IMG/VR virus record: IMGVR_UViG_3300011977_000007
Span: 32,001 to 96,000 of that record
Origin: a virus
Taxonomy: Duplodnaviria; Caudoviricetes
Reading direction: 5' to 3' (one strand)
DNA: 64,000 nucleotides
How positions within the stretch are numbered: the stretch's first letter is position 1; each line of letters begins with the position of its first letter. A model generated the notes under the pieces. It worked only from the letters and a program-made list of their open reading frames with translations. It did no database searches and had not been told where the DNA came from. The position numbers and the translations under genes were made by a program. Below, piece by piece: positions 41,877-53,663 of this stretch.

Positions 41877-44800
41877 TTGGGTAAATTGATAAATGTAGAA
41901 AAAACCATAACCGATAATCCGTTTGTTGACAATCTAATTTATTATTCAAAATACCTTGCATTGAATTGCATCATTAAAGATGAAGATGATGCATTATCTC
42001 ATGAAACTCCAGAATCATATAAAGCTGGTGAAACATATATAGCATGTATTGAAGGCAAAGCTAAATATGAAATGTTTGATGCAATTCCAGAAGAAATATT
42101 GGAAAAGTATATTACAAAATCGACAAATTTAGACGTTTTTGCTAATAATATGAGCGCATTTTCTGCGTACTTAAATTCATTAGGTCTGCATGAAAGAACA
42201 GTTAAGTTAAATAATATATCTAAAGTTGCGCAAACTGTATATATTGATCATTATGATATAATGACTGATTATGTGAAGAACCTTCCAGAAACATGGTTAG
42301 ATGATAATAAAGAATTATATGAAAAATGTAAAGATAGTCAAGCTAAATATTATGATTTATTTGATGCTTTACCTACATATACCAGAAAAAGAATATTGAT
42401 TCAATATTTAAATAATTATGAAGACACAAATATTGACGATATAAATTCTTCTTTAGATAAATTTCAAGAATATATTGATGCCCGTATTGATGACGTTATT
42501 AAAATTGAATTGGATAATATTAGTAAAGCAATGAATAATGTATTCTTAAGTCATTATGAAATAATGCAAGAAAGAGGATACATTACTAAAGTAAGCCAAA
42601 ATAATTGGTATGATTATATAACCTATGATTCAGTTAATAAATCCTGTGAAGCTGGATTAGCAACTTATAAGGATTTATATAATCTTTTCCCAGAAGATGA
42701 TTTAAGAGATTCATTATCTTTAATTATGGATGAATCTACAATAAATAATATTATAAATGCAGGATTACAGGCATTAACAGAGTTCTTTGCAGTTAATGAT
42801 ACTAATAGAACATTGCAATCAATTCTTAATAAAGATATGATGGAGAAGTATTCTGCTAATTATCATCAATATGCTAATACAGATATTTATAATAAATGTA
42901 AAAATAATACTATTGGATACTATGAATTATATAAATATCTTCCAACTGAAACTCAAAAAATGGTAATAAATACGGAAATTGAAGAATATACAAATACAAA
43001 AGTATATTCTGAAAATAAGCAGTTGTTAAATTCATACTTGAATGGATTACCTATAGATGAGGCTAATGAAATTAGAAAAAATATAACTAATGATATGATG
43101 ACTTGGTACGTAGATAATTTTAACGAAACTAATAATTATTATAGAACCCTTATAGGATTATCGCCAATTATTGGTGGTGCCAGCTATGAATATGAAGACA
43201 CATTATTACAAAGCCAGATAGATCCTATAAATTATCATAAATTTGGAAAGCAATTAATAAATATGATTCCTGAGGGTATATATCCAGAATCCCATTGGTA
43301 TGCACCAATTAGTTCATATGATAATTATGATATTGGTATACTGGAAGAATTTGGTGTATTAGATGCATATGTTCAATTATGCAAATCAACTATGTATTCT
43401 GAAAGATATTCATATTTTAGATTTTTAGGAGATAATAAGATTAATTTATACAGAGCAAGAAAAGCTGGTAATTTTGAATTATTGGCATTACCGACTATTG
43501 ATAATAATGATATGAAAGATAAATTTGTAGATGCATATGTTGTAAATAGAGATTATGTCATAAAAACTGTATACTCTGATGCATATAAATTTCAGTCAGA
43601 TTATTATAATAAATTCATTATTATTTTTATCTTAGTAAATACTATAATGGATATATTATCTGGTATTTCAGATATGCTTATAAATAGAAAAGTATTTGAT
43701 GCAAGATGTATTAAATATTTATTTGAATCTTATGGTATTCCATATTATTCAGAAATACCAATAAAATATCAGCAAGCAATGCTAAAAAATCTTAATATAT
43801 TACTTAAATATAAATCTAGTACTAGAAATATGGTAGATATTTGTAGTTTATTTGGATTTTCAGATATTAAAGTATTTGGATATTACATGCTTAAAGAGCA
43901 TGTTGTTGATGGTTATTATGGCGAATATGTTTACAAAGAGCATAACGATATTAGTTATGATTTAGATGAATTATATGTAATAGATGATTCTAACGGTAAA
44001 TATAAAGACGCTAACGGAGTAAGATATACTAAATTATTAGAGTATCGTAATTATAGAGAAGATAAGTATCTTAAAGAAATATCTATTGTAAATGATGATG
44101 GTGAAATATCTAAAAAGAAAATTATTAATAATGCTGAAGATGTATATATAATGGATAAATGGAATAATGCAGTAACAGTCGCTAAAAATAATAAGACTGG
44201 ATTATATGAAGAAATTGGAAAAGCGGAAAATATTTATCATTTCATTCCATTATTAGAAACAGATTATTTTTATAAGATAAAAGACTATGATCCTAACCAT
44301 TGCTGCTATAACGATCACACTCAAGAGTATTTTAGTAAAATAGGAGCAAATACAAGTGAAGCAGCCCTTAAATTTGTTAAAGTTCCTGTAAATGAATCAT
44401 TAACAGATTATAAGAGTGATCCTGAATATATTTCTACATATGATGAAATAACTCTTAATGATGAGGGTAATACTTGGGATGGTGGATTAGTTCATGAAGA
44501 TTTAAAAGAGAAAATTGGTAATTATGAATTCAACGCTGTTCTTTCTAAATATGTATCTGTAGAAACAGTTACTGAAATGACAAATATGGCATTCCAAGTA
44601 TCATATTTCTATAATATGATATTTGATAATTATTATAGTGAAGATAAACTTACTGTAGAAATTCCATATCTTAAAGTAGGCCATAAATTTAAATTTATGG
44701 ATATTGTATGCTATTTATTCGCATTAATGTATTATTATAATGGAATAAAAGATAATATAATGTATTCTCCAACTCAAATATTGTATGTAAAGGGCTATAA

Positions 44801-47800
44801 CTTTAATGGTGATTTGAATAAAGTTATGGAAGATACATTAGCTTTTACTACAAAAGATGAAGATGGTAATATATTAAAATTAGCAGATAGAGAAAATATT
44901 TTTGATATTAATGAAAATATAAAAAAGAGAAATTACGATTATATTAAAGAATTTACTGATAATGGTATGAAGATTAAATCATTTAATCTTAAGGCGGATA
45001 TAGATGCCTTAGATAAATGGTTATCACAATTCCAAATGTCATTAGATGATTTTATTGTATATGATGAGGAAGAAGCAAAGAAGCATGGATTTGATCAAGT
45101 GATTACTTTAAGGAATTTTTATTCTTTAAATAACTCATTCTATCAAAAAGATATATTTAAGCCAAACTTAATCCCATCAGCATACAATAATATTATTAAA
45201 TATGCATTTGATTATGCACTATATGAAAAACAATTCATAAACGATATTAATGATTGTACTCATGAATATATTATTATTAAAATAATTACTATAGTAAATA
45301 AGAATGATAAAAAAGACGATACTAAGAAAGATAATAATGCGGATAAAGATACATCAGATAATATAAACACAACAACAATAACAGCTACAGATGATGTATT
45401 TGATTATTATTATAGAGCATTACAATTTACTTTAGGTAAATATAAATATCAGCCAGATGATACAAGAGGTGATTACAAACCAGGATCTAATCCAGAACCG
45501 GAAGATCCGGAAATACAAATTACTGAAAAATATATGGAAGTATTAGATGGTAGAGATGAATTTGTATATATAATGGATTATAATGAATATATTACTCGTA
45601 GTAATCAACCATATGTAATATATAAAAAATACCATAAAGTGGGAAATGATTATATTACTTATTCTCCAGAATATTATACTTATGATGGAACAAACTATTC
45701 ACCATTAGTAAGTGGTAATATTTTTATTAAAGATTTGGATGGTAAATTTATATTTGCTGCAGATCATTATTATTCTTATGATAGTAAAACTTATACAGAA
45801 ATTACTGATAATAAATACTTTTATACTGATAATAATAATTATAAGATTCTTAAATTTGGTGATTATTATATATTAATAAATGGTAAATATGATCTTGATC
45901 CTAATAACTGTTATGTAGTTGTAGAGCAAGATGGTGTAAAACAATATGTATTGGTTAAAGATTTACCTAACTACGAAAATCATGAAGTACAGCCAGAAGA
46001 TTGCTATATATTGCATTCAGATGGTCATTTTATTAATCTTGTGGATACAGATTTTTATAGAAAGCAAGATGACGGTACTTATAAATATGATAAAGAAATT
46101 TGCTATATAAGAACTGATAAGGTGACTAATTACTATGATCCCACAGATAATCCTGTTATATATTATGAAAAGCTTACGGACTATTATGATAGAACAAATT
46201 ACGTTATCCATACAGATATTAGATATGTAAAAAATAGCGACGGGGTTTATATTCCAGAAAGTGATCTTATAGATCCTAATAATTGTTATTATAAATCTGG
46301 CAATAAATATTATCTTGTAGTAGAAAATTTATGTAAATTTGCTAAATATAAACACCCATTAGGAATTGAATATAATATTATAATGAATGATAAATATGAT
46401 TATAATAGGTATGCATTATCAGATAATAGATATGTATACGCTCCCGATAGCACAGTACGTTATACAATTGATAGCGATACTAATTATATAATTGCTTTAT
46501 CAACTACAGCTAAATATGAAGATACTAAGAGTATGATTGTTACCCTTAATCAGAAAGTTAATGCTGGATACAAATTTACTGAAGATCAAGATAAATATAA
46601 TCCTGAAAAGACAGATAAGATATGGGATGAAAATGATTGGTTCTATAATGATCCGTCTTATCAAGATACTAATATAGGTATGAATGGTGAGAATACTTGG
46701 TATTATAAAAAACCAGAACCTAATCCAGTAGCAGAAGATGAAGAAGAGCCTAATACTGTTGGTTCCGGGTATTATCTTTCTGCAGAAACATATATTGGTG
46801 ATACTAAGCTTGAAAAGGGTATTAAATATTATATGGCTATGGATGTTGAAACTAATTTTTCTGGTCAATTACAAATATCTTGTGATGCTGATGATTCATG
46901 CATCGATGCTACTTGCAGAATATATGATGTGAAAGAAGGAGTTAAATTCCATGTAGATCAAGTATTCACAGCTAATGGAAATGAAAGCTCTAGGGTTAAA
47001 TTTTTAGTATATAATTTCAAAGATTATCCGATAGATATAGGGGATTATATTATCATTAGTAATATGAGATTTATGAAATCATTTAATAAAGATTATATTC
47101 CTCAGGATATACCATCATATGATAAATTACAAGAGATTTATAAAACTAATGAGGCTATATATAAATATTTAATCACAATGATGCAAAACTGTTCTGATTA
47201 TGATACTTATCAAATCTATAAAAAATTATATGATTCATTGATGGTATCTGAATACAATAAAGAAGCATTTAAATTAGAAGATGGTACTTATGCTAAAACA
47301 TATACTGACTTCTTACAAACTAGAGATTCAGTATTATATGAAAGGCTAATGTATTTCTTATCTTTAGATGAAGACTCTATGCATAAAGAAATTGCAGATA
47401 ATATTATTGAGATTACTTACGCTATTGATGACTGTGTTGATACTTATAGTTATGGATATTTATATTCATACTTCCCTGCAGTATCTGCAAATTATATTCA
47501 GCAGTATATTAGTAAAATTATTAATTTCTTTAAATCATGGAAAACTCATTTATTAGGAATTAATACTATTTATAAATTTGATGATCCTATAGAAAATGCA
47601 GTGAAGATATTGGAAGATCAACAATATCGAAATAAGGATTTCCATCCAGATCATGTTTATATATCACATTCAGCATTTGTAAATCCAATGGATGCTACAG
47701 ATTGTGCTGGACATAAATATAGTGATAAATATCCTGATCTAGTACAAATTTCTAATAGATATAGTGATAAAGTAAATATAGATGATAGGGTTAGAATTAT

Positions 47801-48056
47801 TGTTAGAGATGCTAATATGATTAAATATACTGATAATTATGAAAATATTCATTTAATCCTTAACAATGATGAAATTGAAGCATCTGTAGATGAAAACGGA
47901 AACCTTATTGTAAATGATGAATCTGGATTAAGCATAAGCATTCCTAACGATCTTGTTCTTACTACAGATGAAAATGATAATGATGTATTTGGATCTCAGG
48001 ATATTGAAGATCTTACAGAATCTAGTGATATATTAGGAGGTAATAAAAATGAATAA
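41877..48056 (+). CDS. Very large virion structural protein, probable baseplate component (2059 aa)
   Basis: Size, late-type CACA-N6-TA motif upstream, baseplate-wedge-like LFESYGIP...LLKYKSS segment. Confidence 0.55.
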   Translation: MGKLINVEKTITDNPFVDNLIYYSKYLALNCIIKDEDDALSHETPESYKAGETYIACIEGKAKYEMFDAIPEEILEKYITKSTNLDVFANNMSAFSAYLNSLGLHERTVKLNNISKVAQTVYIDHYDIMTDYVKNLPETWLDDNKELYEKCKDSQAKYYDLFDALPTYTRKRILIQYLNNYEDTNIDDINSSLDKFQEYIDARIDDVIKIELDNISKAMNNVFLSHYEIMQERGYITKVSQNNWYDYITYDSVNKSCEAGLATYKDLYNLFPEDDLRDSLSLIMDESTINNIINAGLQALTEFFAVNDTNRTLQSILNKDMMEKYSANYHQYANTDIYNKCKNNTIGYYELYKYLPTETQKMVINTEIEEYTNTKVYSENKQLLNSYLNGLPIDEANEIRKNITNDMMTWYVDNFNETNNYYRTLIGLSPIIGGASYEYEDTLLQSQIDPINYHKFGKQLINMIPEGIYPESHWYAPISSYDNYDIGILEEFGVLDAYVQLCKSTMYSERYSYFRFLGDNKINLYRARKAGNFELLALPTIDNNDMKDKFVDAYVVNRDYVIKTVYSDAYKFQSDYYNKFIIIFILVNTIMDILSGISDMLINRKVFDARCIKYLFESYGIPYYSEIPIKYQQAMLKNLNILLKYKSSTRNMVDICSLFGFSDIKVFGYYMLKEHVVDGYYGEYVYKEHNDISYDLDELYVIDDSNGKYKDANGVRYTKLLEYRNYREDKYLKEISIVNDDGEISKKKIINNAEDVYIMDKWNNAVTVAKNNKTGLYEEIGKAENIYHFIPLLETDYFYKIKDYDPNHCCYNDHTQEYFSKIGANTSEAALKFVKVPVNESLTDYKSDPEYISTYDEITLNDEGNTWDGGLVHEDLKEKIGNYEFNAVLSKYVSVETVTEMTNMAFQVSYFYNMIFDNYYSEDKLTVEIPYLKVGHKFKFMDIVCYLFALMYYYNGIKDNIMYSPTQILYVKGYNFNGDLNKVMEDTLAFTTKDEDGNILKLADRENIFDINENIKKRNYDYIKEFTDNGMKIKSFNLKADIDALDKWLSQFQMSLDDFIVYDEEEAKKHGFDQVITLRNFYSLNNSFYQKDIFKPNLIPSAYNNIIKYAFDYALYEKQFINDINDCTHEYIIIKIITIVNKNDKKDDTKKDNNADKDTSDNINTTTITATDDVFDYYYRALQFTLGKYKYQPDDTRGDYKPGSNPEPEDPEIQITEKYMEVLDGRDEFVYIMDYNEYITRSNQPYVIYKKYHKVGNDYITYSPEYYTYDGTNYSPLVSGNIFIKDLDGKFIFAADHYYSYDSKTYTEITDNKYFYTDNNNYKILKFGDYYILINGKYDLDPNNCYVVVEQDGVKQYVLVKDLPNYENHEVQPEDCYILHSDGHFINLVDTDFYRKQDDGTYKYDKEICYIRTDKVTNYYDPTDNPVIYYEKLTDYYDRTNYVIHTDIRYVKNSDGVYIPESDLIDPNNCYYKSGNKYYLVVENLCKFAKYKHPLGIEYNIIMNDKYDYNRYALSDNRYVYAPDSTVRYTIDSDTNYIIALSTTAKYEDTKSMIVTLNQKVNAGYKFTEDQDKYNPEKTDKIWDENDWFYNDPSYQDTNIGMNGENTWYYKKPEPNPVAEDEEEPNTVGSGYYLSAETYIGDTKLEKGIKYYMAMDVETNFSGQLQISCDADDSCIDATCRIYDVKEGVKFHVDQVFTANGNESSRVKFLVYNFKDYPIDIGDYIIISNMRFMKSFNKDYIPQDIPSYDKLQEIYKTNEAIYKYLITMMQNCSDYDTYQIYKKLYDSLMVSEYNKEAFKLEDGTYAKTYTDFLQTRDSVLYERLMYFLSLDEDSMHKEIADNIIEITYAIDDCVDTYSYGYLYSYFPAVSANYIQQYISKIINFFKSWKTHLLGINTIYKFDDPIENAVKILEDQQYRNKDFHPDHVYISHSAFVNPMDATDCAGHKYSDKYPDLVQISNRYSDKVNIDDRVRIIVRDANMIKYTDNYENIHLILNNDEIEASVDENGNLIVNDESGLSISIPNDLVLTTDENDNDVFGSQDIEDLTESSDILGGNKNE

Positions 48057-49026
48057 AATTAAATATTTGAGTGACCATTATCGCCCAAATGATAAATATA
48101 AAATTATAGATCCTCAACGGGTTACTTCTAAAGTAGAATTTTTTAATGATGCTACTGGAGAACGTATCTGGGAGCCATTACATAATAAAACAGTAATTGC
48201 AGGGTCAGCATTAACAGCTATGAAGTTATTTGATTTAGACAGAAATGTGTTAGAATCAACCCCTACATATGATAAAGAATTAAATAACAACGATGCAATT
48301 CCATATGGATCTAGTGTTAGAGTAATTGAAGGAGCAGATGGTACTACATATCCTACAGTGGCAATTAAAAATGCTAATGGGGATGTAATAGGATCTGTTC
48401 ATGATGAAACACAAAGAATTATACGTGGATTTTGTGTTGGTCAGGGTGGTGCAGGATTAGACATTTCGGATGTATTTGAAGTACAATACTGTAGCTGGAT
48501 AACTCCTGATAATTTAGTACCATTTAGATATCCATTAATAAGTGCAGATAATGTTGACGAATCTATGTATAAAGGTAAAACTGAACTTACTTTAAATAAT
48601 GGCCAGATAAGACACGCATATTATTTTAAAGAATTTTCTAACAGTCCTAGACTTGAACAAAATTATATGTCAACTGTTGGTACTTTTACTGATAGTATTA
48701 GTTCAAGTACAGTATATAAAAATACTGCATCTGCTGATGCGGCTAGAAGTTATGTAGAATGCCATTTAAAAATTACTAGAGATGATTGTAGAGAATTCTT
48801 TATTGCTCATAAAGGATTAGAGAATGCTAAGGTTAACCAAATTTCTTTAGTATCGGCATGGAAGAAAACTGTTGAAGTTACTAAAATGAATAGTGATGGA
48901 AACTCAGTAACAAATAAATATGAATATTTACAAGACATTAGACCATTCTCATTACTTAATATTCCAAATGAAATATTAAGTGATATGGAAAAATCTATTA
49001 GTATTATTTATACTTTATATTTTTAA
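48049..49026 (+). CDS. Putative baseplate/virion protein
   Basis: Overlaps the upstream gene; HNKTVIAG...FCVG.GG...IIYTLYF. Confidence 0.55.
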   Translation: MNKIKYLSDHYRPNDKYKIIDPQRVTSKVEFFNDATGERIWEPLHNKTVIAGSALTAMKLFDLDRNVLESTPTYDKELNNNDAIPYGSSVRVIEGADGTTYPTVAIKNANGDVIGSVHDETQRIIRGFCVGQGGAGLDISDVFEVQYCSWITPDNLVPFRYPLISADNVDESMYKGKTELTLNNGQIRHAYYFKEFSNSPRLEQNYMSTVGTFTDSISSSTVYKNTASADAARSYVECHLKITRDDCREFFIAHKGLENAKVNQISLVSAWKKTVEVTKMNSDGNSVTNKYEYLQDIRPFSLLNIPNEILSDMEKSISIIYTLYF

Positions 49027-49105
49027 AAATACTTGTACGCTAGTAGTACAATGCTACTAGCGTACTTTATTTGAAGAAAGATTATAAAAAGAAGGTGAAA
49101 TAATT

Positions 49106-50281
49106 ATGAGAAGGATGACAATGATAGAATATATTAATTCTAGATTTAAACGTATAGAAGATTCTATAAATAATTATGCTAATGGAAAAGATGTAGATCA
49201 AATAAAATTATTAGAAGATGATATTAAAGTATCAGAAGCAAATAAGCAAGTAAGAAATATTATCCCTAATAATGACATTAGAAACATGGTTAATCCTGAA
49301 GATATCATCCAAGATTCTACACATAGATTCATTACAGATGTGGAAAAAGAAGAAATTAAAGAAAAAATGATATCTAAAACCACTCTTGCTGCAGTGGAAA
49401 ATGATATCGTTAATAATTTAAAAATTACAATTAATCAGCAAATTGATAATATTATTAATAATAAAGGTGCTACAGATGCAATTAATAAAATAATTAAAAT
49501 TACGAGTGAGAATAAGGACGCTATTGATTTATTTAAAAACCTTATTGATAAAGATGAATTAAAATCTCATGAACAAAATGGATTGCATATTACAGAAAAA
49601 GATCGTATTGCATTAAATCTTTTATTGAAATTTATAGATAAAGGATGCGCCGATTGGAATGCTTCTGAAGGAGAACCTAATTATATTAGAAACAAGCCAG
49701 AATCTCTTAAAGCTAATGGTGGTAATAGTGATACGGTTGGTGGCTGTAGAGCAGAAGATTTATTTACAAAACAAATTGCAAAAAATATTATAGGCATTTA
49801 TAATAATCCTACTAAATATTCTGCTAATGATGTAAATATATATCTTAATGAAGAAAATAAAGATTCAATATCTAAATATTTAAATAGCAATTGCTTAACA
49901 TATTTTCGTGAGGGCTATTATAGAATTAATGAATTTAAAATTCCAATTAATAGTAATATTAGTGGAGTTGGTATAGGAACACAAATCGATCATTGTGGCG
50001 TAAGTATTGATAATAATTGTAAGGTTAGTGATATATATTTTTCTAATAGTTTAGTTAATATAATTTGTAACGAATCAGAGATTGTAGATGCGGTATTTAA
50101 AAATTGCCATATTTGGATAACGGCTTCTAGATGTATTATTAAAAATTGTAGATTTATTAATTGCCCGATACATACAGATGGTATTAATAATAGTATTATT
50201 ACTGATAATATTTGTAGTGGATCAACAAATCAAATTATTTATTATGGCGGAAATAATATTATAAAGAATCTATATGTATAA
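49106..50281 (+). CDS. Putative virion protein with C-terminal beta-helix
   Basis: QDSTHRFITD, ADWN.....YIRNKP and ANGGNSDTVGG fibre motifs; repetitive I/N/C-rich C-terminus. Confidence 0.55.
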   Translation: MRRMTMIEYINSRFKRIEDSINNYANGKDVDQIKLLEDDIKVSEANKQVRNIIPNNDIRNMVNPEDIIQDSTHRFITDVEKEEIKEKMISKTTLAAVENDIVNNLKITINQQIDNIINNKGATDAINKIIKITSENKDAIDLFKNLIDKDELKSHEQNGLHITEKDRIALNLLLKFIDKGCADWNASEGEPNYIRNKPESLKANGGNSDTVGGCRAEDLFTKQIAKNIIGIYNNPTKYSANDVNIYLNEENKDSISKYLNSNCLTYFREGYYRINEFKIPINSNISGVGIGTQIDHCGVSIDNNCKVSDIYFSNSLVNIICNESEIVDAVFKNCHIWITASRCIIKNCRFINCPIHTDGINNSIITDNICSGSTNQIIYYGGNNIIKNLYV

Positions 50282-50320
50282 AAAAATAATCCGGTAGGCG
50301 TTTTGCCTACCGGTATTTTT
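50281..50320. terminator. Bidirectional terminator between convergent genes
   Basis: CCGGTAGGC-GTTTT-GCCTACCGG flanked by A- and T-runs. Confidence 0.75.
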
Positions 50321-50321
50321 A

Positions 50322-50786
50322 TTAACTACAATATTCATACACATAATCTACTTTCCGAACTATATATAAATCTGGAGCAATTAAATTTTGATTATCGTCA
50401 TACCATACTCCATTGATATATGCTAATATATGTTTCGCTCCAGCTATTGCATACCTGCCTTCTTTATGCTCATACATAAATTGTGCTATAGATTGATGAG
50501 TTGTCACCATTGGTATTCTTTTATATCCATACGATATAAGAATATCTCTCGTAATGTAATCATAATTAGGATGTAACATACCATAATCATATGCGATCTT
50601 AAATTGCAATTTTAATACATCATCATATGACATATTCAAAAGTCTAGAAATTGTTCTTGTGGAACAATCCATTCTTCTCTTAGGCAATTTTGTTTTATAA
50701 TCAAAATTATTATGCCTAAGTTTAATCCCTAATGCATCTACAATAAACCTATTTTCTTTTAAAATTTTGTCATTCTTCTTTTTCAT
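50322..50786 (-). CDS. Hypothetical protein (probable early gene)
   Basis: DCSTRTIS...HILAYING..YD pattern; early promoter at 50833..50816. Confidence 0.6.
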   Translation of the reverse strand: MKKKNDKILKENRFIVDALGIKLRHNNFDYKTKLPKRRMDCSTRTISRLLNMSYDDVLKLQFKIAYDYGMLHPNYDYITRDILISYGYKRIPMVTTHQSIAQFMYEHKEGRYAIAGAKHILAYINGVWYDDNQNLIAPDLYIVRKVDYVYEYCS

Positions 50787-50838
50787 TATAATTATCCTCC
50801 TTTATATATTATAAATATAATATATAATTGAAAATAAT

Positions 50839-52155
50839 TTAATGTATTCTGCTAGAAGTAAGATCTTTTAATTGTGCTAATGTATTATTTACATAATCCA
50901 TATCTAAATATATTCCTATTACTGTAGTTACATTTTCACATGATAATTTCATATGGCATATTAATGAACTCCAATCCATATGATATTCTCTTTCTAATCC
51001 ATCGTTAAATAATTTAATATTTATAAATAATGATGGATTTATATGAATATAATTAGCATGAGTAATCAATTGCTCAATATCGGAGCCTTTAAACAAATCT
51101 GTGAAATCAATATCAATACATTTACCAATATCTGATTCATCAACCATATATTCAGTTGTAGACGCAAGTTTCCAATTATGCTCATCTAATTCTGGAACTT
51201 GAGTTTTTATAGCTCTCATAACACTTATCATTCCATCACTATTAGTAGGTTTACTATTAATATATTTTTGCTCACATTGAGAATAATAAGTATAGCAATA
51301 TGGCGCTGTCATTTCAATTTCTACATTAAAATTTATAGTATAATTTGTTAAGATAGTATTTTGTCTTTCACCATCATCCATGTCTGGCATTTCTGATTTA
51401 ATATGAGCAACACAATTCGGTACTTTGATAAAGAATTCTTTATTACCGTTTGCACATCTTAATTTATATACGAATGGTATATATGAATGAGCATTTAAAT
51501 ATCTTAATAATTCTAATGGCTTATCTACATTTAATTGCTCATCTACAGTGAATCCATGATTACATGCAATTTCTGCAATTATTTCTTTAGGAACGTGAAT
51601 ATCGAGCGTTAAATTTTGTGTCTCTGTATATCCTGCACGATGCATTATTTTTATGAATTCAAACAAATCAAGTTCCTCAGCTCTCGTATTTACGCGCATT
51701 TTGAACGTAAAATTCATCAGAATTGTCTTAAACATAATTTGCAAATATTTTGTATTGCAAGTAGAAGTATCAAAAAAGAATGTTCCTTCAAATCTAGAAC
51801 GTCTTAATAGCATTGGTATTTCTGGTGATGAATCTATCCATCCTCTATTATTAGTCATATCTATTGATGGGATAATTGCTAATATTGGATTGACTCTTCT
51901 AAGCTTTTCATCTATATCGCTATATTTTCTAAACTCATCAAACGAATGTTTACCATCTACATATATTGAATTAAAATAATGATGAGCAAACTTATTTAAA
52001 AACCATTCTTTTGCAAATTCTACACATACTGCATACGCTTGATATTGACTTGGGATTGTAACACTAGACATTAATAATCTAGGTTGTCTGTTATCTATAT
52101 CATGTGGTTTTATTTCCCTCATATTTCCCGAAAATACATGAGTAGGTTTTTCCAT
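50839..52155 (-). CDS. Putative virion structural protein
   Basis: 438-aa ORF, AAGGAGG RBS, GACA-N6-TA late-type motif upstream. Confidence 0.5.
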   Translation of the reverse strand: MEKPTHVFSGNMREIKPHDIDNRQPRLLMSSVTIPSQYQAYAVCVEFAKEWFLNKFAHHYFNSIYVDGKHSFDEFRKYSDIDEKLRRVNPILAIIPSIDMTNNRGWIDSSPEIPMLLRRSRFEGTFFFDTSTCNTKYLQIMFKTILMNFTFKMRVNTRAEELDLFEFIKIMHRAGYTETQNLTLDIHVPKEIIAEIACNHGFTVDEQLNVDKPLELLRYLNAHSYIPFVYKLRCANGNKEFFIKVPNCVAHIKSEMPDMDDGERQNTILTNYTINFNVEIEMTAPYCYTYYSQCEQKYINSKPTNSDGMISVMRAIKTQVPELDEHNWKLASTTEYMVDESDIGKCIDIDFTDLFKGSDIEQLITHANYIHINPSLFINIKLFNDGLEREYHMDWSSLICHMKLSCENVTTVIGIYLDMDYVNNTLAQLKDLTSSRIH

Positions 52156-52232
52156 ATCTATAGCCTCCTTTACAAATTATAAATATGTCCAACGAGAAAA
52201 AAAGAACGAGGGAGTTAACCCTCGTTCTATTT

Positions 52233-52472
52233 CTATAGATTGTCTTTATCTATAACTACTGCAGCAATAATATTTTTATTATAGTCGGAGATTAATTTAT
52301 CTAAGGTATCTGTTATTTTTTCATCTAATGTATCATAATCAGTACCATAGATAATTGCAGGATTATCTGAATCCTGCTTTTCATCATTCTCAATATTAAT
52401 ATTATGCTCTTCTAAAAAGTCTTCTACAATATCAATAATGCATGCAGAATACTGTCTTAATTTAAACGTCAT
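52233..52472 (-). CDS. Hypothetical protein
   Basis: ORF in a tightly packed minus-strand operon. Confidence 0.6.
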   Translation of the reverse strand: MTFKLRQYSACIIDIVEDFLEEHNINIENDEKQDSDNPAIIYGTDYDTLDEKITDTLDKLISDYNKNIIAAVVIDKDNL

Positions 52473-52474
52473 TA

Positions 52475-52738
52475 TTAATTTTCGCTACCTTTAATATTTA
52501 ATTTATATGCCGATAAGTCAGTACCACGGATGACTGTGCTTCCAAACCATATGTTGAAAGGATCATCATGTATAAATGATCTTCTTGCTATTTCATTAAT
52601 AGAATCAATAGTATCTTGAGCTTCGTCATAATTATCCTTTCCAGCTTCAAATGTAATACTATCTTCTATTACGGCACCGTTTTTAAGCCAGAATGTACCT
52701 TCAACCACTATGTCTTTTTGTAATTTGAGTTTATTCAT
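52475..52738 (-). CDS. Hypothetical protein
   Basis: AAGGAGG RBS. Confidence 0.65.
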   Translation of the reverse strand: MNKLKLQKDIVVEGTFWLKNGAVIEDSITFEAGKDNYDEAQDTIDSINEIARRSFIHDDPFNIWFGSTVIRGTDLSAYKLNIKGSEN

Positions 52739-52755
52739 AATTATACCTCCTTAGA

Positions 52756-53100
52756 TTAATCTTCCCATAGTTTTCTTTCATCTATAATAGTACGACCAGC
52801 TTGATCTACAATTTTGATAGGATCAGTTTCCCATTCACATCCACAATTTGGGCATTTGAATTTATAAATATGGTATATTTCACTAGTAATACCTAAGTTG
52901 CTAAACATACGTTTTAGTAGCCCATCGTTTTTATCATGAAATACATATTGATATGAAAATGGAACAAGATTAAATCTCTTAACGCCATTTCCAAAATCAA
53001 TCTCTTCATGATCGCATCCACATTTAGGACATACTCTACATCTTCTTGCTTCTTCAAGATTTTCGGAATCAATTGCATCTGGATCAAATGTTATTTGCAT
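52756..53100 (-). CDS. Zinc-ribbon hypothetical protein
   Basis: CPKCG and CPNCG pairs. Confidence 0.65.
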   Translation of the reverse strand: MQITFDPDAIDSENLEEARRCRVCPKCGCDHEEIDFGNGVKRFNLVPFSYQYVFHDKNDGLLKRMFSNLGITSEIYHIYKFKCPNCGCEWETDPIKIVDQAGRTIIDERKLWED

Positions 53101-53375
53101 ACTCTTACCCCCTTAAAATTATCAATCCAGCTCATATTAATAAGCTGAATATTATTCTTTACTTTTTCTGCATCTTCTTCTTTAAGAAAGTACAATGTAT
53201 TATAATACATTGTAATCATTTTTTGATTGTATTTATTTACTTGCACCTCCTCAATACTTCCTAAATACACGGTAAATACTTTTGTCCCTATAGGAATAAG
53301 CATACTATTTGGTATTAAAGCTCTTTTCTTATAAGGGAGATATGCAGTGCTCATGTTAAAATCAAACTCTTTCAT
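53091..53375 (-). CDS. Hypothetical protein
   Basis: ATG at 53375 after AAGGAGG. Confidence 0.6.
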   Translation of the reverse strand: MKEFDFNMSTAYLPYKKRALIPNSMLIPIGTKVFTVYLGSIEEVQVNKYNQKMITMYYNTLYFLKEEDAEKVKNNIQLINMSWIDNFKGVRVCK

Positions 53376-53391
53376 TTTAAACCTCCTTGTA

Positions 53392-53652
53392 TTAAAAGAA
53401 TCCCTGATCCGATAACCTACCAGTTTTAACCTCCTCAGAAAACTCTGAAGTTCTGATCTTTGCCATATATGCATATTCTTTACAAGTCTGCAAACGACTA
53501 TCTATACTTGTAGCATAGTAAGAATTAACACCGCAATTATTAATTATATTTTGTGATTCTTCTATTAATTTAATAGCCTCATCAAGCTTAGCTAAAAGGT
53601 TAGTGTTAGTTTCTGCTAAGTTTTTCTTTTGCTCCTCATTGATTTCTATCAT
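53392..53652 (-). CDS. Hypothetical coiled-coil protein
   Basis: AAGGAGG RBS. Confidence 0.6.
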   Translation of the reverse strand: MIEINEEQKKNLAETNTNLLAKLDEAIKLIEESQNIINNCGVNSYYATSIDSRLQTCKEYAYMAKIRTSEFSEEVKTGRLSDQGFF

Positions 53653-53663
53653 AATAATCCTCC